Source of the DNA: Prochlorococcus marinus subsp. pastoris str. CCMP1986
GTDB taxonomy: Bacteria; Cyanobacteriota; Cyanobacteriia; PCC-6307; Cyanobiaceae
Direction: 5' to 3'
Assembly: GCF_000011465.1 (NCBI RefSeq)
Contig: NC_005072.1
Location: 1,620,001-1,652,000 of the forward strand
Length of the DNA: 32,000 bases
Shown here: piece after piece, positions 1-10,421 of the stretch
Position numbering within the stretch: the first letter of the stretch is position 1
How the letters are laid out: every line of letters starts with the position of its first letter
Translations under genes and position numbers: made by a program
The notes under the pieces: generated by a model
The model's input: only the letters and a program-made list of their open reading frames with translations
What the model was told of the DNA's origin: nothing
Database searches by the model: none

Positions 1-104
1 ATATTGTGGAATTATCTCCAGAAATTGACAATAGCGGAGTTAGTAGTATAGTTGCCGCAAAAGTACTGAGAAGCTTAATTATGTCAGTACAAAATATGCA
101 ATAA
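1..104 (+). CDS. 3' end of an arginase/agmatinase (ureohydrolase) family gene, truncated by the window edge
   Basis: Frame 3 is open from the window edge to a TAA at 102..104. The translated tail is IVELSPEIDNSGVSSIVAAKVLRSLIMSVQNMQ*. The (D/I)VVE(L/V)xP...AAK(L/V)(L/I)R pattern resembles the C-terminal end of ureohydrolases. Only 33 codons are visible, so the family call is tentative. Confidence 0.4.
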   Translation, partial: IVELSPEIDNSGVSSIVAAKVLRSLIMSVQNMQ

Positions 105-154
105 AAAATTTCTAAACTAAAGTATGAAAAGCTAAATAACTCATTAAATGTTTC

Positions 155-1267
155 ATGGATTTGCTTAAAAGTCCACTTTATTCAAAATATATTGAGTCAA
201 ATGCAAAATTAGTAAATTTTGCAGGTTGGGAAATGCCCATATCCTTTTCGGGATTAATAAACGAACATGAATCAGTAAGAACATCAGCAGGATTCTTTGA
301 TATTTCCCACATGGGTGTAATTTCTCTTAGAGGAATTAATCCAAAAGAATATATTCAAAAATTTTTTCCTACTAATTTATATTCCTTTTCAGAAGGACAA
401 GGGCTTTATACATTAATGCTGAATGAAAAGGGAGGAATAATAGATGACCTAATAATTTATGACCTTGGTCAACAAGAAGAGGATATCTCAGAAATTTTTT
501 TAATAGTAAATGCGAGCAGATACCAAACTGATTTCTCTTGGATTAAAAATAATTTAAATACCAATAATATTTCAATATCAAATGCTAAAAAAGATAAGGT
601 CCTCTTTGCACTACAAGGCAAAAATTCCTTTAAATTATTCGAAGAATGGATTAAATCATCGATTTCACATATCCCTTACTTTGGTTGTGAATATAAAATC
701 TTTAAACATATTTCGTCCAAAGAAAAGATTTTCTTTTCGAAAACGGGCTATACAGGTGAAAACGGTTTAGAAATCCTATTATCCGCAAAAGCAGCAATTA
801 ATTTATGGGATTTCTTAGTTTCAAAAAATATTAAGCCTTGTGGTTTAGGTGCTAGAGATACCTTAAGACTTGAAGCAGGAATGCACTTGTATGGACAAGA
901 TTTAAATGAAACAACTACACCATATGAAGCAGGATTAGGTTGGCTAGTACATTTAGAAAATAATCATGACTTTTTTGGAAGAGAGTTTCTTGAAAAACAA
1001 TCAAGATTTGGAATTAATAAAAAGTTAGTTGGTCTAAATATTGAAGGGAGAGCTATTGGAAGAAAAGGATGCGAAGTATTTAAAGATGGAGAAAATATTG
1101 GAACTATAACTAGCGGTAGTTGGTCCCCTACTAAGCAAAAGGCAATAGCTTTTGCTTATATTCAAAATTCTTACGCTACTTTAAATAATGTTGTTGAAAT
1201 TTTAATCAGAGGTAAAACATTCAAAGGGACCATAACGAAAAGAGCTTTTTATAAAAAAGATATTTAA
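155..1267 (+). CDS. gcvT: Glycine cleavage system T protein (aminomethyltransferase)
   Basis: 370-aa ORF with an ATG start. It has an N-terminal '[13 protein letters not shown]' and 'FFDISHMG' segment typical of GcvT. Length and the C-terminal barrel region ('[18 protein letters not shown]') match the family. Confidence 0.94.
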
Positions 1268-1325
1268 CTAAATTTACCCTTGAAGAATTATTATTGTTAA
1301 TTATTGCTCAATAAGTAATTTCTAG

Positions 1326-3122
1326 ATGCGAAACAAAATTTGTGAAGAACTCAATAAGTCAGATATTGGGAAAGTAGTTAATTTATGTGGATGGGTTGAT
1401 CGAAGAAGGGATCATGGTGGAGTAATTTTTATAGATTTGCGTGATCATAGTGGATTTATGCAAATTACTATTAATCCTGAAGATGGTGAGACTCTTTTTA
1501 AACAGGCTGAGATTTTAAGAAATGAAACTGTGATAATGGTTAATGGAATTGTTAATGAAAGGCCAAAAGATTCGATAAATAAAAATATTCTCACTGGAGA
1601 GTTAGAACTAAAAGTTAAAGATCTACAAATTCTTAATCAAATAAAAAATAATTTACCATTTCCTATCTCAGTACATGATTATGAAAATACAAAAGAAGAG
1701 CTTAGACTAAAATATAGATATTTAGATCTTAGAAGAGGAAAATTACTCAAAAATTTAAAAACAAGGCATAAAATTATTAAAGCAGTAAGAGAATATCTTG
1801 ATAATTCTGGATTTACAGAGGTCGAAACACCATTACTGACAAAATCGACTCCAGAAGGAGCTAGAGATTTTTTAGTTCCAGCGAGACTTTCAAACGGTGA
1901 GTTTTTTGCTTTACCACAATCTCCACAATTATTTAAACAACTTTTAATGGTAGGAGGGTTAGACAAGTACTATCAAATCGCAAAATGTTTCCGTGATGAA
2001 GATCTAAGAGCTGATAGACAACCAGAATTTACTCAGCTTGATATTGAAATGAGTTTTATAAGTGAAGAAGAAATCATTTCTTTTAATGAAAAACTAATAA
2101 AAAATGTATGGAAAAATGTACTAAATATAAACTTCAATGAGGAGTTTCCAAGAATGACTTGGCAGGAGGCCATGGACAACTATGGAACAGACAGACCAGA
2201 TACAAGATATGAAATGTTACTTAAAAATTTAGGTGGGATACTCGGCAATATTGGTTTTAACATTTTCACTAAAGCAATTCAGAATGGGGGAGCAATAAAA
2301 TCCATAACTATTAAAGATGGAAACACAAGTATTAGTAACGTTCGAATCAAACCTGGAGGAGATATTTTTAAAGTTGCCCAAGATGCAGGAGCTGGAGGTT
2401 TAGCATTCATAAGAGTTAAAGGAGATGAACTTGAAACAATTGGAGCAATAAAAAATAATTTAAATAAAGATCATATCTCTACTATTTTAAAAATAACAGA
2501 AGCAAAAGATGGGGACTTAATTCTTTTAGGGGCTGGAAATACTCAAATTGTAAATCAATCATTAGATAGAGTCAGGCAATATATTGCAAAAGATTTAAAG
2601 CTAATAGAGAAGGATAAATGGAACTTTTTATGGGTCACAGATTTCCCTATGTTTGAAATGAATGAAGAAGAAAAAAGATTTGAAGCTTTACACCATCCGT
2701 TTTGTTCTCCTAAAAATATTAAGCTTGAAGATTCAAAAGAATTAAAAGAAAAAATAGAGAGCTCTACAGCACATGCTTATGACTTAGTACTAAATGGATT
2801 AGAGTTAGGTGGTGGCTCTCTGCGTATCCATCAAGCTGAAATGCAAAGAGAAGTTCTTAGAACAGTTGGATTAACAGATAATCAAATTAATGAAAAATTT
2901 GGTTTTTTAATTGAAGCTCTCGAAATGGGTGCTCCACCTCATGGGGGAATAGCATTTGGGGTAGATCGGATAACAATGCTTATTTTGGGGGAAGATTCAA
3001 TTAGGGAAACAATCGCTTTTCCAAAAAATCAACAAGCAAAATGTCTTCTTACAAATGCACCTTCAAATGTCTCCAAATCCCAATTAAAAGAATTAGATAT
3101 TGAAATAACAATTGATGAATAA
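1326..3122 (+). CDS. aspS: Aspartyl-tRNA synthetase (class II; possibly non-discriminating)
   Basis: 598 aa. It has an OB-fold N-terminus ('[19 protein letters not shown]'), class II motif 2 ('[18 protein letters not shown]') and motif 3 ('[13 protein letters not shown]'). Confidence 0.97.
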   Translation: MRNKICEELNKSDIGKVVNLCGWVDRRRDHGGVIFIDLRDHSGFMQITINPEDGETLFKQAEILRNETVIMVNGIVNERPKDSINKNILTGELELKVKDLQILNQIKNNLPFPISVHDYENTKEELRLKYRYLDLRRGKLLKNLKTRHKIIKAVREYLDNSGFTEVETPLLTKSTPEGARDFLVPARLSNGEFFALPQSPQLFKQLLMVGGLDKYYQIAKCFRDEDLRADRQPEFTQLDIEMSFISEEEIISFNEKLIKNVWKNVLNINFNEEFPRMTWQEAMDNYGTDRPDTRYEMLLKNLGGILGNIGFNIFTKAIQNGGAIKSITIKDGNTSISNVRIKPGGDIFKVAQDAGAGGLAFIRVKGDELETIGAIKNNLNKDHISTILKITEAKDGDLILLGAGNTQIVNQSLDRVRQYIAKDLKLIEKDKWNFLWVTDFPMFEMNEEEKRFEALHHPFCSPKNIKLEDSKELKEKIESSTAHAYDLVLNGLELGGGSLRIHQAEMQREVLRTVGLTDNQINEKFGFLIEALEMGAPPHGGIAFGVDRITMLILGEDSIRETIAFPKNQQAKCLLTNAPSNVSKSQLKELDIEITIDE

Positions 3123-3196
3123 ACTATTTATGGATGATCAATAAATTTTTTGTTTAAATAAAGTATAAGGAGGTTGTGCTTAATTAAAAATATTGC

Positions 3197-4807
3197 ATGT
3201 CAAAGTTTGTTTTTGTTACTGGAGGAGTCGTTTCTAGCATAGGTAAAGGTATTGTTGCCGCAAGCTTAGGAAGATTATTAAAATCAAGAGGGTATAGCGT
3301 TTCAATACTTAAACTAGATCCCTATCTAAATGTTGACCCAGGAACAATGAGCCCGTTTCAACATGGCGAAGTTTTCGTTACCGAAGATGGAGCTGAAACA
3401 GATTTAGATTTAGGTCACTATGAGAGATTTACTGACACTGCAATGACTCGTTTAAATAGTGTCACTACAGGATCCATCTACCAAGCAGTAATTAATAAAG
3501 AAAGAAGAGGGAGTTACAACGGAGGTACAGTTCAAGTTATTCCTCACATCACAAGAGAAATAAGAGAAAGGATTCATAGAGTAGCAGCTAACAGCAATGC
3601 TGATATCGTTATAACTGAGATTGGTGGAACAGTAGGAGATATTGAATCTCTACCCTTTTTAGAGGCTATAAGAGAATTTAAAAATGATGTTAATAAAAAT
3701 GATGTCGCTTATATTCACGTAACTTTACTTCCTTATATCAAAACATCTGGTGAGATAAAAACTAAACCTACTCAACATTCTGTAAAGGAGTTACGATCCA
3801 TTGGTATACAACCAGATTTACTTGTATGCAGAAGTGATAAAGAAATTAATGAAGGGCTAAAAAGAAAACTAAGTGGTTTCTGCGGAGTTAATCTTAATTG
3901 TGTAATTGAAGCATTAGATGCTGATAGTATTTATTCAGTTCCTCTTTCTTTAAAGAATGAAGGTTTATGTAAACAGACTTTAAATTGTCTAGAACTCGAA
4001 GATAAAGAATGTGATTTAGAGAATTGGGAAAAAATAATTCATAATCTTAGAAATCCTGGTAACCCTATAAAGGTTGCTTTAGTTGGAAAATATATAGAAC
4101 TTGGTGATGCATATCTTTCAGTAGTGGAGGCATTAAGGCATGCTTGTATTGAACAAAAAGCTTTATTAGATTTGTATTGGATAAGTGCTGAAATGATCGA
4201 AGAGAAATCAGCCGAAGAGTATTTAAATGATGTTGACGCAATTGTAGTTCCAGGAGGATTTGGAAATAGAGGAGTGAATGGAAAAATTGAAGCAATAAAA
4301 TTTGCAAGAGAAAAGAATATTCCTTTCCTAGGTTTATGTTTAGGTATGCAATGCGCAGTAATAGAATGGGCAAGAAATATAGCCCAATTACCTGATGCAT
4401 CTAGCTCAGAATTAAATCCAGATTCCGAAAACCCGGTTATTCATTTATTACCTGAACAAGAAGACATTGTTGATCTTGGAGGAACTATGAGATTAGGAGT
4501 TTATCCTTGTAGACTTCAAAAAAATACAACTGGTAAAGAGTTGTATAACGAAGATGTTATATATGAGAGACATCGACATAGATATGAATTTAATAATTAC
4601 TACAAACAAAGTTTTTTAGATTCTGGATACAAAATCAGTGGTACATCACCAGATGGAAGATTAGTAGAATTAATTGAATTAGTTGATCATCCATATTTTT
4701 TAGCATGTCAATACCATCCTGAATTCTTATCAAGGCCAGGGAAGCCACATCCATTATTTAAAGGGTTGATCAAAGCATCGCAGGAAAAATTAGAGCAATC
4801 AAATTAA
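3197..4807 (+). CDS. pyrG: CTP synthase
   Basis: 536 aa. The canonical N-terminus '[16 protein letters not shown]' is present. The C-terminal glutamine amidotransferase domain has the catalytic Cys in 'GLCLGMQ' and 'HRHRYE'. Confidence 0.97.
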   Translation: MSKFVFVTGGVVSSIGKGIVAASLGRLLKSRGYSVSILKLDPYLNVDPGTMSPFQHGEVFVTEDGAETDLDLGHYERFTDTAMTRLNSVTTGSIYQAVINKERRGSYNGGTVQVIPHITREIRERIHRVAANSNADIVITEIGGTVGDIESLPFLEAIREFKNDVNKNDVAYIHVTLLPYIKTSGEIKTKPTQHSVKELRSIGIQPDLLVCRSDKEINEGLKRKLSGFCGVNLNCVIEALDADSIYSVPLSLKNEGLCKQTLNCLELEDKECDLENWEKIIHNLRNPGNPIKVALVGKYIELGDAYLSVVEALRHACIEQKALLDLYWISAEMIEEKSAEEYLNDVDAIVVPGGFGNRGVNGKIEAIKFAREKNIPFLGLCLGMQCAVIEWARNIAQLPDASSSELNPDSENPVIHLLPEQEDIVDLGGTMRLGVYPCRLQKNTTGKELYNEDVIYERHRHRYEFNNYYKQSFLDSGYKISGTSPDGRLVELIELVDHPYFLACQYHPEFLSRPGKPHPLFKGLIKASQEKLEQSN

Positions 4808-4834
4808 TATTATTTATTTTTCTTGAATGCAATA

Positions 4835-5506
4835 ATGACAAATTTCTTACCATTAGTAGAAAAATTTCATTCATTACAAGGAGAGGGTTTTCATACAGGC
4901 CAAAGTGCCTTCTTTATAAGACTAGCTGGATGTAGCGTTGGATGCTCATGGTGCGATACTAAACATTCTTGGGATAAAGAAAAATACCCTTTAATACCAA
5001 TCAAAAAAATCATTGATGAAATAAAAAAGGCTCGAAAAAAAGGGGCATCTTTTTTAGTTATCACTGGTGGTGAGCCTTTACATCATAATTTAGATAATTT
5101 GTGCCAAGCTATAAATAAAGAAACTTCTGAAAAGGATCAAAACCCAATCAAGATTCATATTGAAACAAGTGGCGTAAACAAAATGTCAGGTAATTACGAT
5201 TGGATTACTTTATCTCCAAAAAGACATTTACCCCCAAAAACTTATTTTTTAGAAAACTTTAATGAATTAAAAATAATTATCAATGATAAAAAAGATATTG
5301 ATTTTGCAATTGATATAAAGCAAGAAATAATGAACAAATATCAGAACCTATCATCAAAAGACAATTTTTATAAGTTAGATAAAAAATATTATGTACAGCC
5401 CGCTTGGGAAAACGCAAGAGGGTTTTCACTTACGATTGATTTTGTTAAAAATAATCCTGAATGGAACTTAAGTCTTCAGACACATAAATACTTAAAGATT
5501 AAATAA
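4835..5506 (+). CDS. queE: 7-carboxy-7-deazaguanine synthase (radical SAM, QueE)
   Basis: 'FHSLQGEG' N-terminal motif, a radical-SAM CxxxCxxC cluster site ('CSVGCSWC') and 'ITGGEP'. It lies directly upstream of queC. The ORF track starts at TTG 4823; the first in-frame ATG is at 4835 (MTNFLP...), which I prefer. The start is uncertain by 4 codons. Confidence 0.85.
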   Translation: MTNFLPLVEKFHSLQGEGFHTGQSAFFIRLAGCSVGCSWCDTKHSWDKEKYPLIPIKKIIDEIKKARKKGASFLVITGGEPLHHNLDNLCQAINKETSEKDQNPIKIHIETSGVNKMSGNYDWITLSPKRHLPPKTYFLENFNELKIIINDKKDIDFAIDIKQEIMNKYQNLSSKDNFYKLDKKYYVQPAWENARGFSLTIDFVKNNPEWNLSLQTHKYLKIK

Positions 5507-5511
5507 TTTAT

Positions 5512-6186
5512 ATGGATTTAAAAAATAAATCTGCAGTAATTTTATTATCAGGAGGCTTAGATTCTTCAACTGTTACAGGCTTAGCAAAAGCGTCCAAAGC
5601 TAAAATATTTGGCTTATCTTTTGATTACGGACAAAGACATAAAAAAGAATTAGATTCCGCATTCACAATAGCCAATCACTTTGAAATAGAGGAATTCAAA
5701 ATAGTAAAGCTTGACTTATCTTTGTGGGGCGGGTCATCTCTTACAGATATAAAAAAAGATTTACCTATTGATGGCATACAGCAAAATACAATTCCAAACA
5801 CCTATGTGCCTGGAAGAAATACAATCTTTATTTCTGTTGCGTTAAGCTATGCTGAGGCAATAAATGCTGATTTAATAGGCCTAGGAGTTAATGCACTAGA
5901 TTATTCTGGTTATCCTGATTGCAGACCTGATTACATTAAAAAGTTTCAAGAACTAGCTAATCTTGCTAACAAACGTGGAAGAGAAGAAAATCCAATTAAA
6001 CTTTGGACACCTTTACTCGATCTAAATAAAGAAGATATTATTCAATTAGCTTTTGATAATAATGTTCCTTTAGAAAAAACATGGAGTTGTTATTCAGGAA
6101 ATTTAGAACCCTGTGGAAAATGTGATAGTTGCCGAATTAGACAAACAGCCTACAAAAAATGGCAAATAAAAAAGAATGAGAATTAA
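5512..6186 (+). CDS. queC: 7-cyano-7-deazaguanine (preQ0) synthase
   Basis: PP-loop 'LLSGGLDSS' at the N-terminus and a C-terminal Zn-binding cysteine cluster 'CYSGNLEPCGKCDSC'. Length is 224 aa. Confidence 0.95.
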   Translation: MDLKNKSAVILLSGGLDSSTVTGLAKASKAKIFGLSFDYGQRHKKELDSAFTIANHFEIEEFKIVKLDLSLWGGSSLTDIKKDLPIDGIQQNTIPNTYVPGRNTIFISVALSYAEAINADLIGLGVNALDYSGYPDCRPDYIKKFQELANLANKRGREENPIKLWTPLLDLNKEDIIQLAFDNNVPLEKTWSCYSGNLEPCGKCDSCRIRQTAYKKWQIKKNEN

Positions 6187-7495
6187 GACAAAAAAATTAT
6201 CTAAGTGGCTTGATCCAGAATTGATAGCTAAACATTTTGCATTGAAATTTGGAGACCATGGATTGTCTTGGTTAGATAGTGATGGGAAAGATAATGGAGA
6301 ATGGTCTATTTTAGGAATTAACCCAAAGGAAATTATTTGCTCTAGAGATATCAATAATTTGAATATTGATAATAATCCATTTTTTAAATTAGAAAAAATT
6401 GATAGAGGATTTTGGATGGGCTGGTTAAACTTTGAGGCGGGCGCATATATCGAGCCAAAAAATCCATGGAAGAATAATGAAATATCGACTTTGTGGATTG
6501 CATCTTATGATCCAATTATTAAATTTAATCTAGTTTCTAATGAAATAATTCTTGAAGGAACTAGTTCTACTGAAATAAATAAATTTGAAAAAATAATTTT
6601 AAATATTAATGCTGAAAAAGAAAAAAATTCTATTAAAAATAATCTGAAATTTGATTTTTCAAAAATTAATTTAAAAGAAATAACCAACGAATTTGAAACA
6701 AATATTTTAAAAGTTAAGAAATTAATATCTATAGGAGATATTTTTCAAGCAAATCTAACAACTCAATGTGAGGTTGAAGCTTTAGAAACTTATAGTTCTT
6801 TAAACATATATTCTAAAATAAGAAGAAAATTGAAAGCTCCTTTTGGAGGAATAATAATAAATAATTCAAAGGGAATCAACGAATCAGTATTATCAACTTC
6901 ACCTGAAAGATTTTTGAAAATAGACAAAGAAGGATATGTCGAATCAAGACCTATCAAAGGCACAAGATCCAGACACCAAGATGAAACTCAAGATGCCTTA
7001 AATGCCATAGATTTGATAACAAATGAAAAAGATAGAGCTGAAAATATTATGATTGTTGACCTCTTAAGAAACGATTTAAGCAAAGTATGCGAAATAGGAA
7101 GTATTGAGGTTCCAGAAATATTAAAACTTGAGAGTTACTTGAAAGTACATCACCTTACATCAGTAATTAGAGGGAAACTAAAAAAGGATAAAAGCTGGGT
7201 TGACTTACTAATTGCTTGCTGGCCAGGAGGCTCAATAACTGGGGCTCCAAAATTACGTTCATGCCAAAGGCTATTTGAAATAGAAAAAAATGGAAGAGGA
7301 CCTTACTGTGGATCCTTCATAAAAGTTGACTGGAATGGAGAGTTTGATAGCAACATACTAATAAGATCATTTATAGTAAAAGGCAAAAAAATTAATATAT
7401 CTGCTGGTTGCGGAATAGTTAGTGATTCTGATCCTCAAAATGAAACAGAAGAACTAAAGTGGAAACTTTTGCCTTTAATAGATTCGTTAAAATGA
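6176..7495 (+). CDS. pabB: Aminodeoxychorismate synthase component I (chorismate-binding enzyme, PabB-type)
   Basis: Chorismate-utilising enzyme motifs 'SPERFL', 'RPIKGT' and 'PGGSITGAPK' are present. The gene is short (439 aa) and is immediately followed by a class-IV aminotransferase-fold gene, which argues for PabB rather than TrpE. Its ATG overlaps the queC stop region by 11 nt. Confidence 0.85.
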   Translation: MRIKTKKLSKWLDPELIAKHFALKFGDHGLSWLDSDGKDNGEWSILGINPKEIICSRDINNLNIDNNPFFKLEKIDRGFWMGWLNFEAGAYIEPKNPWKNNEISTLWIASYDPIIKFNLVSNEIILEGTSSTEINKFEKIILNINAEKEKNSIKNNLKFDFSKINLKEITNEFETNILKVKKLISIGDIFQANLTTQCEVEALETYSSLNIYSKIRRKLKAPFGGIIINNSKGINESVLSTSPERFLKIDKEGYVESRPIKGTRSRHQDETQDALNAIDLITNEKDRAENIMIVDLLRNDLSKVCEIGSIEVPEILKLESYLKVHHLTSVIRGKLKKDKSWVDLLIACWPGGSITGAPKLRSCQRLFEIEKNGRGPYCGSFIKVDWNGEFDSNILIRSFIVKGKKINISAGCGIVSDSDPQNETEELKWKLLPLIDSLK

Positions 7496-8319
7496 AACAG
7501 AATATAGGTTGGCATAAAGATAAATGGCTAGATATTGAAAATATTTATATATCAGCAAATGATAGAGGTCTAAAGTTTGGAGATGGAATATTCGAAACTG
7601 TTTTGATAAAAAAGAATAATGCTGTTTTGCTAGACGAACATATTCAAAGACTAGAAAATAGCAATAGAGTTTTAAATATGAATTTGAATATTAATAAATC
7701 ACATTTAAAAAACATTATTAGTCTAGGTATTAAAAAATTATCTCTTAAAAACGAGCAATTAGGATCAATTAGAATTAACTACAGCAGAGGCTTGAATAAA
7801 GGCAGATCAATTAGAATTAATAAAGATCAACAGGAAGATTATAAAAATAATTTATGGATTGAATTTTATATTATAAAACCTAGTTTTTCTCCAATAAGTA
7901 CATTTATTAGTCAAACAGAAAAAAGAAATCAATATAGTTTAATTAATCAATGTAAAACTTTCTCATATAATCAATCAATACAAGCACTAATAGAAGCTAA
8001 TAAAAAATTGTTTGATGATTGTTTAATATTAAATACTGCTGATGAACTATGTTGTGGTAGTACTTTTAATATCTTACTGAAAAGAGATAATGTATGGATG
8101 ACACCAAGAAAAGAAAGTGGATGTCTTCAGGGAATCATGGTTAAAAAAGCTATAAAATTAAAAATAATTAAAGAAGAATTGATCTTACCTAAATTTTATA
8201 ATAATGATATTTTAATTGCAATTAATAGTTTATCTTGTAGGCAAATTAATAGAGTAAATGATATAGAATTTACAACAACTTTTGATCCAAAGTATTTCTG
8301 GGAATTGTTGTATAAGTAA
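7492..8319 (+). CDS. pabC: Aminodeoxychorismate lyase / class IV aminotransferase-fold protein
   Basis: 'RGLKFGDGIFET' N-terminal motif of the class-IV PLP fold family, and a position directly after pabB. The ORF track starts at GTG 7459. An in-frame ATG at 7492 forms an ATGA start/stop overlap with pabB, and I prefer it. Confidence 0.75.
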   Translation: MKQNIGWHKDKWLDIENIYISANDRGLKFGDGIFETVLIKKNNAVLLDEHIQRLENSNRVLNMNLNINKSHLKNIISLGIKKLSLKNEQLGSIRINYSRGLNKGRSIRINKDQQEDYKNNLWIEFYIIKPSFSPISTFISQTEKRNQYSLINQCKTFSYNQSIQALIEANKKLFDDCLILNTADELCCGSTFNILLKRDNVWMTPRKESGCLQGIMVKKAIKLKIIKEELILPKFYNNDILIAINSLSCRQINRVNDIEFTTTFDPKYFWELLYK

Positions 8320-8321
8320 GA

Positions 8322-9107
8322 TTATTTCTTTTCTGGAAAAAAAGCATCAGATAGGTTATTTATATAGTTATTAACTTTAAACCCAACAATACTTCCGATA
8401 ACGATAATCGATGGTGAAGAGAAACCTTTGTTACTTATTGTCTCTGCCAAATTCTTTAATTCTGAAATTAAACATTTTTGATTATTTAAAGTTGCTTCTT
8501 GAATAACAGCACATTTAGTATTTTCATCCAAACCGCCTATTAGTAATTCTTTAACAATAAATCCTATATTTCTCATGCCCATATAAATTACTAAACCATC
8601 AGATGATTTAGCTAATAATCTCCAATTAACAGTCTTTTTATCTTTATTAATATCTTCATGTCCAGTGACAAAAGTTATAGAGCTTCCTGCTTCTCGATGA
8701 GTTAATGGGATCCCAAAATTTGAAGGAGCAGCTATTCCAGAAGTTATCCCAGGGACAATTTCAACTGAAATCCCATTTTTTTCTAAAAAAGATACTTCTT
8801 CACCACCTCGTGAAAAAACAAAAGGATCACCTCCTTTAAGCCTTACAACATTCTTTCCTTCTTTTGCTAATTTCACAATAAGTAAATTAGTATCAGCCTG
8901 AGGAACAGAACACAACCCAGCCCTTTTACCTACATTAAATATTTCAGTTTTCTTATTAGTCTCCTTTATGATTTGGGGAGAAACTAACGCATCATGGACC
9001 AAAGCATCACAACTTTTGATAAGTCGTAAGGCTTTTAAAGTTAGCAGCTCAGGGTCACCAGGACCTGCTCCAACTAAATAAACTATACCGGGCACATTAA
9101 TCTCCAT
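8322..9107 (-). CDS. cobA: Uroporphyrinogen-III C-methyltransferase (SUMT)
   Basis: 'VYLVGAGPGDPELLTLKA' SAM-dependent tetrapyrrole methylase N-terminal signature, plus 'VVRLKGGDPFVF' and 'VPGITS'. The track ORF starts at TTG 9113; an in-frame ATG two codons later (9107) is more likely. Confidence 0.9.
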   Translation of the reverse strand: MEINVPGIVYLVGAGPGDPELLTLKALRLIKSCDALVHDALVSPQIIKETNKKTEIFNVGKRAGLCSVPQADTNLLIVKLAKEGKNVVRLKGGDPFVFSRGGEEVSFLEKNGISVEIVPGITSGIAAPSNFGIPLTHREAGSSITFVTGHEDINKDKKTVNWRLLAKSSDGLVIYMGMRNIGFIVKELLIGGLDENTKCAVIQEATLNNQKCLISELKNLAETISNKGFSSPSIIVIGSIVGFKVNNYINNLSDAFFPEKK

Positions 9108-9152
9108 TAACAAGTATGGTAGTAAAAGAAAATTGTATTGTAGATAAATATC

Positions 9153-10403
9153 GTGAAAAAAAGTTTATTCAAGCCAAGTAGAAAATTTACTTTATTCAGT
9201 GCTTTTGTAACTCTCCTAAATGATAGATTAAGCGAAAGTATTCTTTTGCCAATTTTACCTTCTTTTGTTTTACTCTTTGACTCAAAAGCTAGTACTTATG
9301 GTTTACTCTCTTGTACTTATCAATTAGCACAATTTACGGCTTCGCCTTTTATTGGGCTTATGAGCGATAGATATGGAAGAAGACCTGTAACTTTGTTTTG
9401 TATAACGGGCTCAATCATAGGAATATCAATATTATCATTTACAGTTTTATTTGATTGGTCAACTTCACTAGCGACTATCCCCTTATTTTTATTATTTATA
9501 GCAAGACTTATTGACGGTCTAAGTGGTGGAACTGCTGCAACAGCGACTACTATTCTTGCAGATATTTCTAGTCCTGAAAAAAGAGCAAAAACATTTGGAC
9601 TTATTGGAGTCGCATTTGGATTAAGTTTCTTCTTGGGTAATATATTTGTTGTTATTTTTGCTAAAAATACAAATAATAATTTCATTATTCCAGTAATAAT
9701 AGCTTCAATAATTCCAATTATTAACTTCATACTAGTATTCTTTTATTTACCAGAAACCAAGCCTCAAAACGAATTAAATAAATCAACTCAAATTTTAAAA
9801 AATCCTCTAAAACAATTATTTAAAGTATTTAAAGAAGAAAAAATTAGAAAATTATCTCTAGCTTTTTTTATATATTTCATAGCTTTTACTGGACTAACAA
9901 ATATTTTAATTTTTTTCCTTCAAGAGTCCCTGAATTGGACAACTAAGGCATCCAGTGGAACTCTTGTAGTTGTGGGGGTGATAGCAATTATTGTACAAGG
10001 TGGGCTAATTGGTCCTCTAGTAAAAAAATTTGGAGAAATGAGACTTACTTTAATTGGTTCAGGTTTTATTCTCTTAGCATGTTTTCTTTTGATAACTACC
10101 CCTCAAAAAAATGCGATAGTAAATATTTATTCTGCAGTTTCATTCTTAGCCGTGGGTGCGGGTTTAATTACACCTACATTAAGAGCATTAATATCAAAGA
10201 AATTAGATGGGGATAACCAGGGCTCTATATTAAGTAATTTGCAAGGTCTTCAAAGTCTTGGTGGGGTTTTAGGTATAGGAATGGCTGGAAAAGTTTATGA
10301 TGATTTTGGTCCAAAAGCACCATTTATTGCAGGATCAATTATTTTACTTTTTATGATTTACCTTATTGCTGAAGGAAAAAATAACAATATTTCTTATAAT
10401 TAA
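9153..10403 (+). CDS. Major facilitator superfamily transporter (drug/H+ antiporter-like, TetA-like)
   Basis: 416 aa and highly hydrophobic with about 12 predicted helices. MFS motif A is present as 'GLMSDRYGRRP'. The start codon is GTG; the first in-frame ATG would remove the first about 69 residues. Confidence 0.85.
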   Translation: MKKSLFKPSRKFTLFSAFVTLLNDRLSESILLPILPSFVLLFDSKASTYGLLSCTYQLAQFTASPFIGLMSDRYGRRPVTLFCITGSIIGISILSFTVLFDWSTSLATIPLFLLFIARLIDGLSGGTAATATTILADISSPEKRAKTFGLIGVAFGLSFFLGNIFVVIFAKNTNNNFIIPVIIASIIPIINFILVFFYLPETKPQNELNKSTQILKNPLKQLFKVFKEEKIRKLSLAFFIYFIAFTGLTNILIFFLQESLNWTTKASSGTLVVVGVIAIIVQGGLIGPLVKKFGEMRLTLIGSGFILLACFLLITTPQKNAIVNIYSAVSFLAVGAGLITPTLRALISKKLDGDNQGSILSNLQGLQSLGGVLGIGMAGKVYDDFGPKAPFIAGSIILLFMIYLIAEGKNNNISYN

Positions 10404-10421
10404 CAAAATATAATCCCTTTA

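Noticed and set aside
105-154. A possible glycine riboswitch upstream of gcvT, which is the classic location of that motif.
   Set aside because: The spacer is only 50 nt and almost entirely A/T. It has none of the conserved GGAGAG...CACCG-type cores and is too short for even one aptamer.
3167-3173. A perfect AAGGAGG upstream of pyrG, with a GTG at 3176 opening a 3-codon mini-ORF (GTG CTT AAT TAA).
   Set aside because: The motif is 23 nt from the pyrG ATG, which is too far for a normal SD. It is only 2 nt from the GTG, which is too close. An in-frame stop at 3185..3187 excludes an extended pyrG. It may be a standby site, but there is no support beyond the motif.
4808-4834. A possible preQ1 riboswitch upstream of queE/queC.
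   Set aside because: Only 15-27 nt are available between the pyrG stop and the queE start. There is no stem plus the conserved preQ1-I loop and A-rich tail sequence.
4823-6186. queE/queC as part of a 7-deazaguanine DNA-modification (Dpd-like) defence or phage-derived cassette.
   Set aside because: There is no dpdA/tgt-like transglycosylase, helicase, nuclease or integrase nearby. The genes sit in a housekeeping operon with native-looking AT-rich composition, consistent with ordinary tRNA queuosine biosynthesis.
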